Below, one piece after another: positions 1 through 14,700 of a stretch of DNA of 64,000 bases (position 1 is its first letter; each line of letters opens with the position of its first letter). This DNA comes from Nemertoderma westbladi (Eukaryota > Animalia > Xenacoelomorpha). The stretch covers positions 1-64,000 of the forward strand of contig JAUCBJ010002753.1 of assembly GCA_032718475.1 (NCBI GenBank), read 5' to 3'. A program made the position numbers and the translations under genes. The notes below the pieces were generated by a model. The model searched no databases, was not told the DNA's origin, and worked only from the letters and a program-made list of their open reading frames with translations.

Positions 1-3000
1 CAGGTAGGAGAATGTAACGGGATGACATTACCGATAAAACCGTCGCACAGGTAGGAGAATGTAACGGGATGACATTACCGATAAAACCGTCGCACAGGTA
101 GGAGAATGTAACGGGATGACATTACCGATAAAACCGTCGCACAGGTAGGAGAATGTAACGGGATGACATTACCGATAAAACCGTCGCACAGGTAGGAGAA
201 TGTAACGGGATGACATTGCCGATAAAACCGTCGCACAGGTAGGAGAATGTAACGGGATGACATTACCGATAAAACCGTCGCACAGGTAGGAGAATGTAAC
301 GGGATGACATTACCGATAAAACCGTCGCACAGGTAGGAGAATGTAACGGGATGACATTACCGATAAAACCGTCGCACAGGTAGGAGAATGTAACGGGATG
401 ACATTACCGATAAAACCGTCGCACAGGTAGGAGAATGTAACGGGATGACATTACCGATAAAACCGTCGCACAGGTAGGAGAATGTAACGGGATGACATTA
501 CCGATAAAACCGTCGCACAGGTAGGAGAATGTAACGGGATGACATTACCGATAAAACCGTCGCACAGGTAGGAGAATGTAACGGGATGACATTACCGATA
601 AAACCGTCGCACAGGTAGGAGAATGTAACGGGATGACATTACCGATAAAACCGTCGCACAGGTAGGAGAATGTAACGGGATGACATTACCGATAAAACCG
701 TCGCACAGGTAGGAGAATGTAACGGGATGACATTACCGATAAAACCGTCGCACAGGTAGGAGAATGTAACGGGATGACATTACCGATAAAACCGTCGCAC
801 AGGTAGGAGAATGTAACGGGATGACATTACCGATAAAACCGTCGCACAGGTAGGAGAATGTAACGGGATGACATTACCGATAAAACCGTCGCACAGGTAG
901 GAGAATGTAACGGGATGACATTACCGATAAAACCGTCGCACAGGTAGGAGAATGTAACGGGATGACATTACCGATAAAACCGTCGCACAGGTAGGAGAAT
1001 GTAACGGGATGACATTACCGATAAAACCGTCGCACAGGTAGGAGAATGTAACGGGATGACATTACCGATAAAACCGTCGCACAGGTAGGTGAATGTAACG
1101 GGATGACATTACAGATAAAACCGTCGCACAGGTAGGAGAATGTAACGGGATGACATTACCGATAAAACCGTCGCACAGGTAGGAGAATGTAACGGGATGA
1201 CATTACAGATAAAACCGTCGCACAGGTAGGAGAATGTAACGGGATGACATTACCGATAAAACCGTCGCACAGGTAGGAGAATGTAACGGGATGACATTAC
1301 AGATAAAACCGTAGCACAGGTAGGAGAATGTAACGGGATGACATTACCGATAAAACCGTCGCACAGGTAGGAGAATGTAACGGGATGACATTACCGATAA
1401 AACCGTCGCACAGGTAGGAGAATGTAACGGGATGACATTACCGATAAAACCGTCGCACAGGTAGGAGAATGTAACGGGATGACATTACCGATAAAACCGT
1501 CGCACAGGTAGGAGAATGTAACGGGATGACATTACCGATAAAACCGTCGCACAGGTAGGAGAATGTAACGGGATGACATTACCGATAAAACCGTCGCACA
1601 GGTAGGTGAATGTAACGGGATGACATTACAGATAAAACCGTCGCACAGGTAGGAGAATGTAATGGGATGACATTACCGATAAAACCGTCGCACAGGTAGG
1701 AGAATGTAACGGGATGACATTACAGATAAAACCGTCGCACAGGTAGGAGAATGTAACGGGATGACATTACCGATAAAACCGTCGCACAGGTAGGAGAATG
1801 TAACGGGATGACATTACAGATAAAACCGTAGCACAGGTAGGAGAATGTAACGGGATGACATTTCCGATAAAACCGTCGCACAGGTAGGAGAATGTAACGG
1901 GATGACATTAACATTACCGATAAAACCGTCGCACAGGTAGGAGAATGTAACGGGATGACATTACCGATAAAACCGTCGCACAGGTAGGAGAATGTAACGG
2001 GATGACATTACCGATAAAACCGTCGCACAGGTAGGAGAATGTAACGGGATGACATTACCGATAAAACCGTCGCACAGGTAGGAGAATGTAACGGGATGAC
2101 ATTACCGATAAAACCGTCGCACAGGTAGGAGAATGTAACGGGATGACATTAACATTACCGATAAAACCGTCGCTCGGGTAGGAGAATGTAACGGGATGAC
2201 ATTACCGATAAAACCGTCGCACAGGTAGGAGAATGTAACGGGATGACATTACCGATAAAACCGTCGCACAGGTAGGAGAATGTAACGGGATGACATTACC
2301 GATAAAACCGTCGCACAGGTAGGAGAATGTAACGGGATGACATTACCGATAAAACCGTCGCACAGGTAGGAGAATGTAACGGGATGACATTACCGATAAA
2401 ACCGTCGCACAGGTAGGAGAATGTAACGGGATGACATTACCGATAAAACCGTCGCACAGGTAGGAGAATGTAACGGGATGACATTACCGATAAAACCGTC
2501 GCACAGGTAGGATAATGTAACGGGATGACATTACCGATAAAACCGTCGCACAGGTAGGAGAATGTAACGGGATGACATTACCGATAAAACCGTCGCACAG
2601 GTAGGAGAATGTAACGGGATGACATTACCGATAAAACCGTCGCACAGGTAGGAGAATGTAACGGGATGACATTGCCGATAAAACCGTCGCACAGGTAGGA
2701 GAATGTAACGGGATGACATTGTCGATAAAACCGTCGCACAGGTAGGAGAATGTAACGGGATGACATTACCGATAAAACCGTCGCACAGGTAGGAGAATGT
2801 AACGGGATGACATTGCCGATAAAACCGTCGCACAGGTAGGAGAATGTAACGGGATGACATTACCGATAAAACCGTCGCACAGGTAGGAGAATGTAACGGG
2901 ATGACATTACCGATAAAACCGTCGCACAGGTAGGAGAATGTAACGGGATGACATTACCGATAAAACCGTCGCACAGGTAGGAGAATGTAACGGGATGACA

Positions 3001-6000
3001 TTACCGATAAAACCGTCGCACAGGTAGGAGAATGTAACGGGATGACATTACCGATAAAACCGTCGCTCAGGTAGGAGAATGTAACGGGATGACATTAACA
3101 TTACCGATAAAACCGTCGCACAGGTAGGAGAATGTAACGGGATGACATTACCGATAAAACCGTCGCACAGGTAGGAGAATGTAACGGGATGACATTACCG
3201 ATAAAACCGTCGCACAGGTAGGTGAATGTAACGGGATGACATTACCGATAAAACCGTCGCACAGGTAGGAGAATGTAACGGGATGACATTACCGATAAAA
3301 CCGTCGCACAGGTAGGAGAATGTAACGGGATGACATTACCGATAAAACCGTCGCACAGGTAGGAGAATGTAACGGGATGACATTACCGATAAAACCGTCG
3401 CACAGGTAGGAGAATGTAACGGGATGACATTACCGATAAAACCGTCGCACAGGTAGGAGAATGTAACGGGATGACATTACCGATAAAACCGTCGCACAGG
3501 TAGGAGAATGTAACGGGATGACATTACCGATAAAACCGTCGCACAGGTAGGAGAATGTAACGGGATGACATTACCGATAAAACCGTCGCACAGGTAGGAG
3601 AATGTAACGGGATGACATTACCGATAAAACCGTCGCACAGGTAGGAGAATGTAACGGGATGACATTACCGATAAAACCGTCGCACAGGTAGGAGAATGTA
3701 ACGGGATGACATTACCGATAAAACCGTCGCACAGGTAGGAGAATGTAACGGGATGACATTACCGATAAAACCGTCGCACAGGTAGGAGAATGTAACGGGA
3801 TGACATTACCGATAAAACCGTCGCACAGGTAGGAGAATGTAACGGGATGACATTACCGATAAAACCGTCGCACAGGTAGGAGAATGTAACGGGATGACAT
3901 TACCGATAAAACCGTCGCACAGGTAGGAGAATGTAACGGGATGACATTACCGATAAAACCGTCGCACAGGTAGGAGAATGTAACGGGATGACATTACCGA
4001 TAAAACCGTCGCACAGGTAGGTGAATGTAACGGGATGACATTACAGATAAAACCGTCGCACAGGTAGGAGAATGTAACGGGATGACATTACCGATAAAAC
4101 CGTCGCACAGGTAGGAGAATGTAACGGGATGACATTAACATTACCGATAAAACCGTCGCACAGGTAGGAGAATGTAACGGGATGACATTACCGATAAAAC
4201 CGTCGCACAGGTAGGAGAATGTAACGGGATGACATTACCGATAAAACCGTCGCACAGGTAGGAGAATGTAACGGGATGACATTACCGATAAAACCGTCGC
4301 ACAGGTAGGAGAATGTAACGGGATGACATTACCGATAAAACCGTCGCACAGGTAGGAGAATGTAACGGGATGACATTACCGATAAAACCGTCGCACAGGT
4401 AGGAGAATGTAACGGGATGACATTACCGATAAAACCGTCGCACAGGTAGGAGAATGTAACGGGATGACATTACCGATAAAACCGTCGCACAGGTAGGAGA
4501 ATGTAACGGGATGACATTAACATTACCGATAAAACCGTCGCTCGGGTAGGAGAATGTAACGGGATGACATTACCGATAAAACCGTCGCACAGGTAGGAGA
4601 ATGTAACGGGATGACATTACCGATAAAACCGTCGCACAGGTAGGAGAATGTAACGGGATGACATTACCGATAAAACCGTCGCACAGGTAGGAGAATGTAA
4701 CGGGATGACATTACCGATAAAACCGTCGCACAGGTAGGAGAATGTAACGGGATGACATTACCGATAAAACCGTCGCACAGGTAGGAGAATGTAACGGGAT
4801 GACATTACCGATAAAACCGTCGCACAGGTAGGAGAATGTAACGGGATGACATTACCGATAAAACCGTCGCACAGGTAGGAGAATGTAACGGGATGACATT
4901 ACCGATAAAACCGTCGCACAGGTAGGAGAATGTAACGGGATGACATTACCGATAAAACCGTCGCACAGGTAGGAGAATGTAACGGGATGACATTACCGAT
5001 AAAACCGTCGCACAGGTAGGATAATGTAACGGGATGACATTACCGATAAAACCGTCGCACAGGTAGGAGAATGTAACGGGATGACATTACCGATAAAACC
5101 GTCGCACAGGTAGGAGAATGTAACGGGATGACATTACCGATAAAACCGTCGCACAGGTAGGAGAATGTAACGGGATGACATTGCCGATAAAACCGTCGCA
5201 CAGGTAGGAGAATGTAACGGGATGACATTGTCGATAAAACCGTCGCACAGGTAGGAGAATGTAACGGGATGACATTACCGATAAAACCGTCGCACAGGTA
5301 GGAGAATGTAACGGGATGACATTGCCGATAAAACCGTCGCACAGGTAGGAGAATGTAACGGGATGACATTACCGATAAAACCGTCGCACAGGTAGGAGAA
5401 TGTAACGGGATGACATTACCGATAAAACCGTCGCACAGGTAGGAGAATGTAACGGGATGACATTACCGATAAAACCGTCGCACAGGTAGGAGAATGTAAC
5501 GGGATGACATTACCGATAAAACCGTCGCACAGGTAGGAGAATGTAACGGGATGACATTACCGATAAAACCGTCGCACAGGTAGGAGAATGTAACGGGATG
5601 ACATTACCGATAAAACCGTCGCTCAGGTAGGAGAATGTAACGGGATGACATTAACATTACCGATAAAACCGTCGCACAGGTAGGAGAATGTAACGGGATG
5701 ACATTGCCGATAAAACCGTCGCACAGGTAGGAGAATGTAACGGGATGACATTACCGATAAAACCGTCGCACAGGTAGGAGAATGTAACGGGATGACATTA
5801 CCGATAAAACCGTCGCACAGGTAGGAGAATGTAACGGGATGACATTGCCGATAAAACCGTCGCACAGGTAGGAGAATGTAACGGGATGACATTACCGATA
5901 AAACCGTCGCACAGGTAGGAGAATGTAACGGGATGACATTACCGATAAAACCGTCGCACAGGTAGGAGAATGTAACGGGATGACATTACCGATAAAACCG

Positions 6001-9000
6001 TCGCACAGGTAGGAGAATGTAACGGGATGACATTACCGATAAAACCGTCGCACAGGTAGGAGAATGTAACGGGATGACATTACCGATAAAACCGTCGCAC
6101 AGGTAGGAGAATGTAACGGGATGACATTACCGATAAAACCGTCGCACAGGTAGGAGAATGTAACGGGATGACATTACCGATAAAACCGTCGCACAGGTAG
6201 GTGAATGTAACGGGATGACATTACAGATAAAACCGTCGCACAGGTAGGAGAATGTAACGGGATGACATTACAGATAAAACCGTAGCACAGGTAGGAGAAT
6301 GTAACGGGATGACATTACCGATAAAACCGTCGCACAGGTAGGAGAATGTAACGGGATGACATTACCGATAAAACCGTCGCACAGGTAGGAGAATGTAACG
6401 GGATGACATTACCGATAAAACCGTCGCACAGGTAGGAGAATGTAACGGGATGACATTACCGATAAAACCGTCGCACAGGTAGGAGAATGTAACGGGATGA
6501 CATTACCGATAAAACCGTCGCACAGGTAGGAGAATGTAACGGGATGACATTACCGATAAAACCGTCGCACAGGTAGGAGAATGTAACGGGATGACATTAC
6601 CGATAAAACCGTCGCACAGGTAGGAGAATGTAACGGGATGACATTACCGATAAAACCGTCGCACAGGTAGGTGAATGTAACGGGATGACATTACAGATAA
6701 AACCGTCGCACAGGTAGGAGAATGTAACGGGATGACATTACCGATAAAACCGTCGCACAGGTAGGAGAATGTAACGGGATGACATTACAGATAAAACCGT
6801 CGCACAGGTAGGAGAATGTAACGGGATGACATTACCGATAAAACCGTCGCACAGGTAGGAGAATGTAACGGGATGACATTACAGATAAAACCGTAGCACA
6901 GGTAGGAGAATGTAACGGGATGACATTACCGATAAAACCGTCGCACAGGTAGGAGAATGTAACGGGATGACATTACCGATAAAACCGTCGCACAGGTAGG
7001 GGAATGTAACGGGATGACATTACCGATAAAACCGTCGCACAGGTAGGAGAATGTAACGGGATGACATTACCGATAAAACCGTCGCACAGGTAGGAGAATG
7101 TAACGGGATGACATTACCGATAAAACCGTCGCACAGGTAGGAGAATGTAACGGGATGACATTACCGATAAAACCGTCGCACAGGTAGGTGAATGTAACGG
7201 GATGACATTACAGATAAAACCGTCGCACAGGTAGGAGAATGTAATGGGATGACCTTACCGATAAAACCGTCGCACAGGTAGGAGAATGTAACGGGATGAC
7301 ATTACAGATAAAACCGTCGCACAGGTAGGAGAATGTAACGGGATGACATTACCGATAAAACCGTCGCACAGGTAGGAGAATGTAACGGGATGACATTACA
7401 GATAAAACCGTAGCACAGGTAGGAGAATGTAACGGGATGACATTTCCGATAAAACCGTCGCACAGGTAGGAGAATGTAACGGGATGACATTAACATTACC
7501 GATAAAACCGTCGCACAGGTAGGAGAATGTAACGGGATGACATTACCGATAAAACCGTCGCACAGGTAGGAGAATGTAACGGGATGACATTACCGATAAA
7601 ACCGTCGCACAGGTAGGAGAATGTAACGGGATGACATTACCGATAAAACCGTCGCACAGGTAGGAGAATGTAACGGGATGACATTACCGATAAAACCGTC
7701 GCACAGGTAGGAGAATGTAACGGGATGACATTAACATTACCGATAAAACCGTCGCTCGGGTAGGAGAATGTAACGGGATGACATTACCGATAAAACCGTC
7801 GCACAGGTAGGAGAATGTAACGGGATGACATTACCGATAAAACCGTCGCACAGGTAGGAGAATGTAACGGGATGACATTACCGATAAAACCGTCGCACAG
7901 GTAGGAGAATGTAACGGGATGACATTACCGATAAAACCGTCGCACAGGTAGGAGAATGTAACGGGATGACATTACCGATAAAACCGTCGCACAGGTAGGA
8001 GAATGTAACGGGATGACATTACCGATAAAACCGTCGCACAGGTAGGAGAATGTAACGGGATGACATTACCGATAAAACCGTCGCACAGGTAGGATAATGT
8101 AACGGGATGACATTACCGATAAAACCGTCGCACAGGTAGGAGAATGTAACGGGATGACATTACCGATAAAACCGTCGCACAGGTAGGAGAATGTAACGGG
8201 ATGACATTACCGATAAAACCGTCGCACAGGTAGGAGAATGTAACGGGATGACATTGCCGATAAAACCGTCGCACAGGTAGGAGAATGTAACGGGATGACA
8301 TTGTCGATAAAACCGTCGCACAGGTAGGAGAATGTAACGGGATGACATTACCGATAAAACCGTCGCACAGGTAGGAGAATGTAACGGGATGACATTGCCG
8401 ATAAAACCGTCGCACAGGTAGGAGAATGTAACGGGATGACATTACCGATAAAACCGTCGCACAGGTAGGAGAATGTAACGGGATGACATTACCGATAAAA
8501 CCGTCGCACAGGTAGGAGAATGTAACGGGATGACATTACCGATAAAACCGTCGCACAGGTAGGAGAATGTAACGGGATGACATTACCGATAAAACCGTCG
8601 CACAGGTAGGAGAATGTAACGGGATGATATTACTGATAAAACCGTCGCTCAGGTAGGAGAATGTAACGGGATGACATTAACATTACCGATAAAACCGTCG
8701 CACAGGTAGGAGAATGTAACGGGATGACATTACCGATAAAACCGTCGCACAGGTAGGAGAATGTAACGGGATGACATTACCGATAAAACCGTCGCACAGG
8801 TAGGTGAATGTAACGGGATGACATTACCGATAAAACCGTCGCACAGGTAGGAGAATGTAACGGGATGACATTACCGATAAAACCGTCGCACAGGTAGGAG
8901 AATGTAACGGGATGACATTACCGATAAAACCGTCGCACAGGTAGGAGAATGTAACGGGATGACATTACCGATAAAACCGTCGCACAGGTAGGAGAATGTA

Positions 9001-11500
9001 ACGGGATGACATTACCGATAAAACCGTCGCACAGGTAGGAGAATGTAACGGGATGACATTACCGATAAAACCGTCGCACAGGTAGGAGAATGTAACGGGA
9101 TGACATTACCGATAAAACCGTCGCACAGGTAGGAGAATGTAACGGGATGACATTACCGATAAAACCGTCGCACAGGTAGGAGAATGTAACGGGATGACAT
9201 TACCGATAAAACCGTCGCACAGGTAGGAGAATGTAACGGGATGACATTACCGATAAAACCGTCGCACAGGTAGGAGAATGTAACGGGATGACATTACCGA
9301 TAAAACCGTCGCACAGGTAGGAGAATGTAACGGGATGACATTACCGATAAAACCGTCGCACAGGTAGGAGAATGTAACGGGATGACATTACCGATAAAAC
9401 CGTCGCACAGGTAGGAGAATGTAACGGGATGACATTACCGATAAAACCGTCGCACAGGTAGGAGAATGTAACGGGATGACATTACCGATAAAACCGTCGC
9501 ACAGGTAGGAGAATGTAACGGGATGACATTACCGATAAAACCGTCGCACAGGTAGGAGAATGTAACGGGATGACATTACCGATAAAACCGTCGCACAGGT
9601 AGGTGAATGTAACGGGATGACATTACAGATAAAACCGTCGCACAGGTAGGAGAATGTAACGGGATGACATTACCGATAAAACCGTCGCACAGGTAGGAGA
9701 ATGTAACGGGATGACATTAACATTACCGATAAAACCGTCGCACAGGTAGGAGAATGTAACGGGATGACATTACCGATAAAACCGTCGCACAGGTAGGAGA
9801 ATGTAACGGGATGACATTACCGATAAAACCGTCGCACAGGTAGGAGAATGTAACGGGATGACATTACCGTTAAAACCGTCGCACAGGTAGGAGAATGTAA
9901 CGGGATGACATTACCGATAAAACCGTCGCACAGGTAGGAGAATGTAACGGGATGACATTACCGATAAAACCGTCGCACAGGTAGGAGAATGTAACGGGAT
10001 GACATTACCGATAAAACCGTCGCACAGGTAGGAGAATGTAACGGGATGACATTACCGATAAAACCGTCGCACAGGTAGGAGAATGTAACGGGATGACATT
10101 AACATTACCGATAAAACCGTCGCTCGGGTAGGAGAATGTAACGGGATGACATTACCGATAAAACCGTCGCACAGGTAGGAGAATGTAACGGGATGACATT
10201 ACCGATAAAACCGTCGCACAGGTAGGAGAATGTAACGGGATGACATTACCGATAAAACCGTCGCACAGGTAGGAGAATGTAACGGGATGACATTACCGAT
10301 AAAACCGTCGCACAGGTAGGAGAATGTAACGGGATGACATTACCGATAAAACCGTCGCACAGGTAGGAGAATGTAACGGGATGACATTACCGATAAAACC
10401 GTCGCACAGGTAGGAGAATGTAACGGGATGACATTACCGATAAAACCGTCGCACAGGTAGGAGAATGTAACGGGATGACATTACCGATAAAACCGTCGCA
10501 CAGGTAGGAGAATGTAACGGGATGACATTACCGATAAAACCGTCGCACAGGTAGGAGAATGTAACGGGATGACATTACCGATAAAACCGTCGCACAGGTA
10601 GGATAATGTAACGGGATGACATTACCGATAAAACCGTCGCACAGGTAGGAGAATGTAACGGGATGACATTACCGATAAAACCGTCGCACAGGTAGGAGAA
10701 TGTAACGGGATGACATTACCGATAAAACCGTCGCACAGGTAGGAGAATGTAACGGGATGACATTGCCGATAAAACCGTCGCACAGGTAGGAGAATGTAAC
10801 GGGATGACATTGTCGATAAAACCGTCGCACAGGTAGGAGAATGTAACGGGATGACATTACCGATAAAACCGTCGCACAGGTAGGAGAATGTAACGGGATG
10901 ACATTGCCGATAAAACCGTCGCACAGGTAGGAGAATGTAACGGGATGACATTACCGATAAAACCGTCGCACAGGTAGGAGAATGTAACGGGATGACATTA
11001 CCGATAAAACCGTCGCACAGGTAGGAGAATGTAACGGGATGACATTACCGATAAAACCGTCGCACAGGTAGGAGAATGTAACGGGATGACATTACCGATA
11101 AAACCGTCGCACAGGTAGGAGAATGTAACGGGATGACATTACCGATAAAACCGTCGCACAGGTAGGAGAATGTAACGGGATGACATTACCGATAAAACCG
11201 TCGCTCAGGTAGGAGAATGTAACGGGATGACATTAACATTACCGATAAAACCGTCGCACAGGTAGGAGAATGTAACGGGATGACATTGCCGATAAAACCG
11301 TCGCACAGGTAGGAGAATGTAACGGGATGACATTACCGATAAAACCGTCGCACAGGTAGGAGAATGTAACGGGATGACATTACCGATAAAACCGTCGCAC
11401 AGGTAGGAGAATGTAACGGGATGACATTGCCGATAAAACCGTCGCACAGGTAGGAGAATGTAACGGGATGACATTACCGATAAAACCGTCGCTCAGGTAG
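1..11500 (+). repeat. 47-bp minisatellite (CAGGTAGGAGAATGTAACGGGATGACATTACCGATAAAACCGTCGCA)n, about 244 copies, runs off the left edge
   Basis: Near-perfect tandem unit read directly; rare variants include a 6-bp insertion (CATTAACATTA) and GTGAAT, TTACAG, TTGCCG, GCTCGG substitutions; ends at GCTCAGGTAG. Confidence 0.99.
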
Positions 11501-11639
11501 AAAGAGAAAAACAACAAATGTGTGAGTGAGTTTAGTAAATGAACATGTTGTGGGATTGGGAGGACCGAGTATTAGGACATAGTCTTCGCATGTTCGTTTG
11601 TTATTATTTATAATATTGTAGTAATGCATTGTATTACAG

Positions 11640-11763
11640 AGTGAACCCCATTAGAGGAGACAACACTGACAACATGGGAGTCATAGAAATCCTAGATCTC
11701 TTGAATAAACACGTCGCTAGTGGTTTCTCTAGCATTAAACAAGCCTTTCTCTCATTCGATAAT
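11640..11763 (+). CDS. EFCAB6: EFCAB6-like exon 1 (window numbering)
   Basis: tattacag|A GTG AAC ... GAT AAT|gtaagt; (R)VNPIRGD...KQAFLSFDN; preceded by a phase-2 intron. Confidence 0.85.
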
Positions 11764-14700
11764 GTAAGTGAAAGTATTAAATTGGATATATACCAATTTA
11801 TTAAATCGATTCGATGTTGATTCTGTATAGTGTGAATTACTTTCTGTTACTTTCTCGTATATTTTAACAGGATCGAGACGGTAAAATAACCCGAAAGGAA
11901 TTACGCAACATAGTTGAGAGTTTCTGTTTCCGGTTGTCTGACGAACAATTCCGAAATCTCTGCACCCTTCTGGATCCCGAACATAGGAACTTTGTTGATT
12001 ATCAAGCGTTTCTGAATCTGTTCGAAATCACCGAAAATGTTGAGGTAAATAAGATCTTCGTGTTTTACCGTTTCGAATTAGATCCTACATGGGGTTATGT
12101 CCCCCCCCCCCCACCCCTCTAGCCATACGTTGTACCCCGGGCATTCTACCATACGTTGTACCCCGAACATTACGTAGTACCTCCGGACATTCTACCATAC
12201 GTTGTACCCCGGACATTCTACCATACGTTGTACCCCGGACATTCTACCATACGTAGTACCCCGGACATTCTACCATACGTTGTACCCCGGACATTACGTA
12301 GTACCTCCGGATATTCTACCATACGTTGTACCCCGGACATTACGTTGTACCCCGGAAATTCTACCATACGTTGTACCCCGGACATTACGTAGTACCTCCG
12401 GATATTCTACCATACGTTGTACCCCGGACATTACGTTGTACCCCGGACATTCTACCATACGTTGTACCCCGGACATTACGTAGTACCTCCGGATATTCTA
12501 CCATACGTTGTACCCCGGACATTACGTAGTACCCCGGAAATTCTACCATACGTTGTACCCCGGACATTACGTAGTACCTCCGGATATTCTACCATACGTT
12601 GTACCCCGGACATTCTACCATACGTTGTACCCCGGACATTACGTAGTACCCCGGAAATTCTACCATACGTTGTACCCCGGACATTACGTAGTACCTCCGG
12701 ATATTCTACCATACGTTGTACCCCGGGCATTCTACCATACGTTGTACCCCGGACATTACGTAGTACCCCGGAAATTCTACCATACGTTGTACCCCGGACA
12801 TTACGTAGTACCTCCGGATATTCTACCATACGTTGTACCCCGGACATTACGTAGTACCCCGGAAATTCTACCATACGTTGTACCCCGGACATTACGTAGT
12901 ACCTCCGGATATTCTACCATACGTTGTACCCCGGACATTACGTAGTACCCCGGAAATTCTACCATACGTTGTACCCCGGACATTACGTAGTACCTCCGGA
13001 TATTCTACCATACGTTGTACCCCGGGCATTCTACCATACGTTGTACCCCGGACATTACGTAGTACCTCCGGATATTCTACCATACGTTGTACCCCGGACA
13101 TTCTACCATACGTTGTACCCCGGACATTACGTAGTACCCCGGAAATTCTACCATACGTTGTACCCCGGGCATTCTACCATACGTTGTACCCCGGATATTC
13201 TACCATACGTTGTACCCCGGGCATTCTACCATACGTAGTACCCCGGACATTACGTAGTACCCCGGAAATTCTACCATACGTTGTACCCCGGACATTACGT
13301 AGTACCTCCGGATATTCTACCATACGTTGTACCCCGGGCATTCTACCATACGTTGTACCCCGGACATTACGTAGTACCTCCGGATATTCTACCATACGTT
13401 GTACCCCGGACATTCTACCATACGTTGTACCCCGGACATTACGTAGTACCCCGGAAATTCTACCATACGTTGTACCCCGGGCATTCTACCATACGTTGTA
13501 CCCCGGATATTCTACCATACGTTGTACCCCGGGCATTCTACCATACGTAGTACCTCCGGATATTCTACCATACGTTGTACCCCGGGCATTCTACCATACG
13601 TTGTACCCCGGATATTCTACCATACGTTGTACCCCGGGCATTCTACCATACGTTGTACCCCGGATATTCTACCATACGTTGTACCCCGGGCATTCTACCA
13701 TACGTAGTACCCCGGGCATTCTACCATACGTTGTACCCCGGACATTACGTAGTACCCCGGAAATTCTACCATACGTTGTACCCCGGACATTACGTAGTAC
13801 CTCCGGATATTCTACCATACGTTGTACCCCGGACATTACGTAGTACCTCCGGATATTCTACCATACGTTGTACCCCGGACATTCTACCATACGTTGTACC
13901 CCGGACATTACGTAGTACCTCCGGACATTCTACCATACGTTGTACCCCGGACATTACGTAGTACCTCCGGATATTCTACCATACGTTGTACCCCGGACAT
14001 TACGTAGTACCTCCGGATATTCTACCATACGTTGTACCCCGGACATTACGTAGTACCTCCGGACATTCTACCATACGTTGTACCCCGGACATTACGTAGT
14101 ACCTCCGGATATTCTACCATACGTTGTACCCCGGGCATTCTACCATACGTTGTACCCCGGACATTACGTAGTACCTCCGGATATTCTACCATACGTTGTA
14201 CCCCGGACATTCTACCATACGTTGTACCCCGGACATTACGTAGTACCTCCGGATATTCTACCATACGTTGTACCCCGGACATTACGTAGTACCTCCGGAT
14301 ATTCTACCATACGTTGTACCCCGGACATTCTACCATACGTTGTACCCCGGACATTACGTAGTACCTCCGGATATTCTACCATACGTTGTACCCCGGACAT
14401 TACGTAGTACCTCCGGATATTCTACCATACGTTGTACCCCGGACATTCTACCATACGTTGTACCCCGGACATTACGTAGTACCTCCGGATATTCTACCAT
14501 ACGTTGTACCCCGGACATTACGTAGTACCTCCGGATATTCTACCATACGTTGTACCCCGGACATTCTACCATACGTTGTACCCCGGACATTCTACCATAC
14601 GTACTATCCCGGACAATCTACCATATAGTAATTGGTTTTCTTTGATATTTCCCCCCGCTTTATTGAATATCAGAACGTGGTGCTCCTCTAATGGACTTGA

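Noticed and set aside
1-11500. CRISPR array interpretation of this or any other array
   Set aside because: Units are head-to-tail with no unique spacers, there are no cas genes, and the context is a spliceosomal gene.
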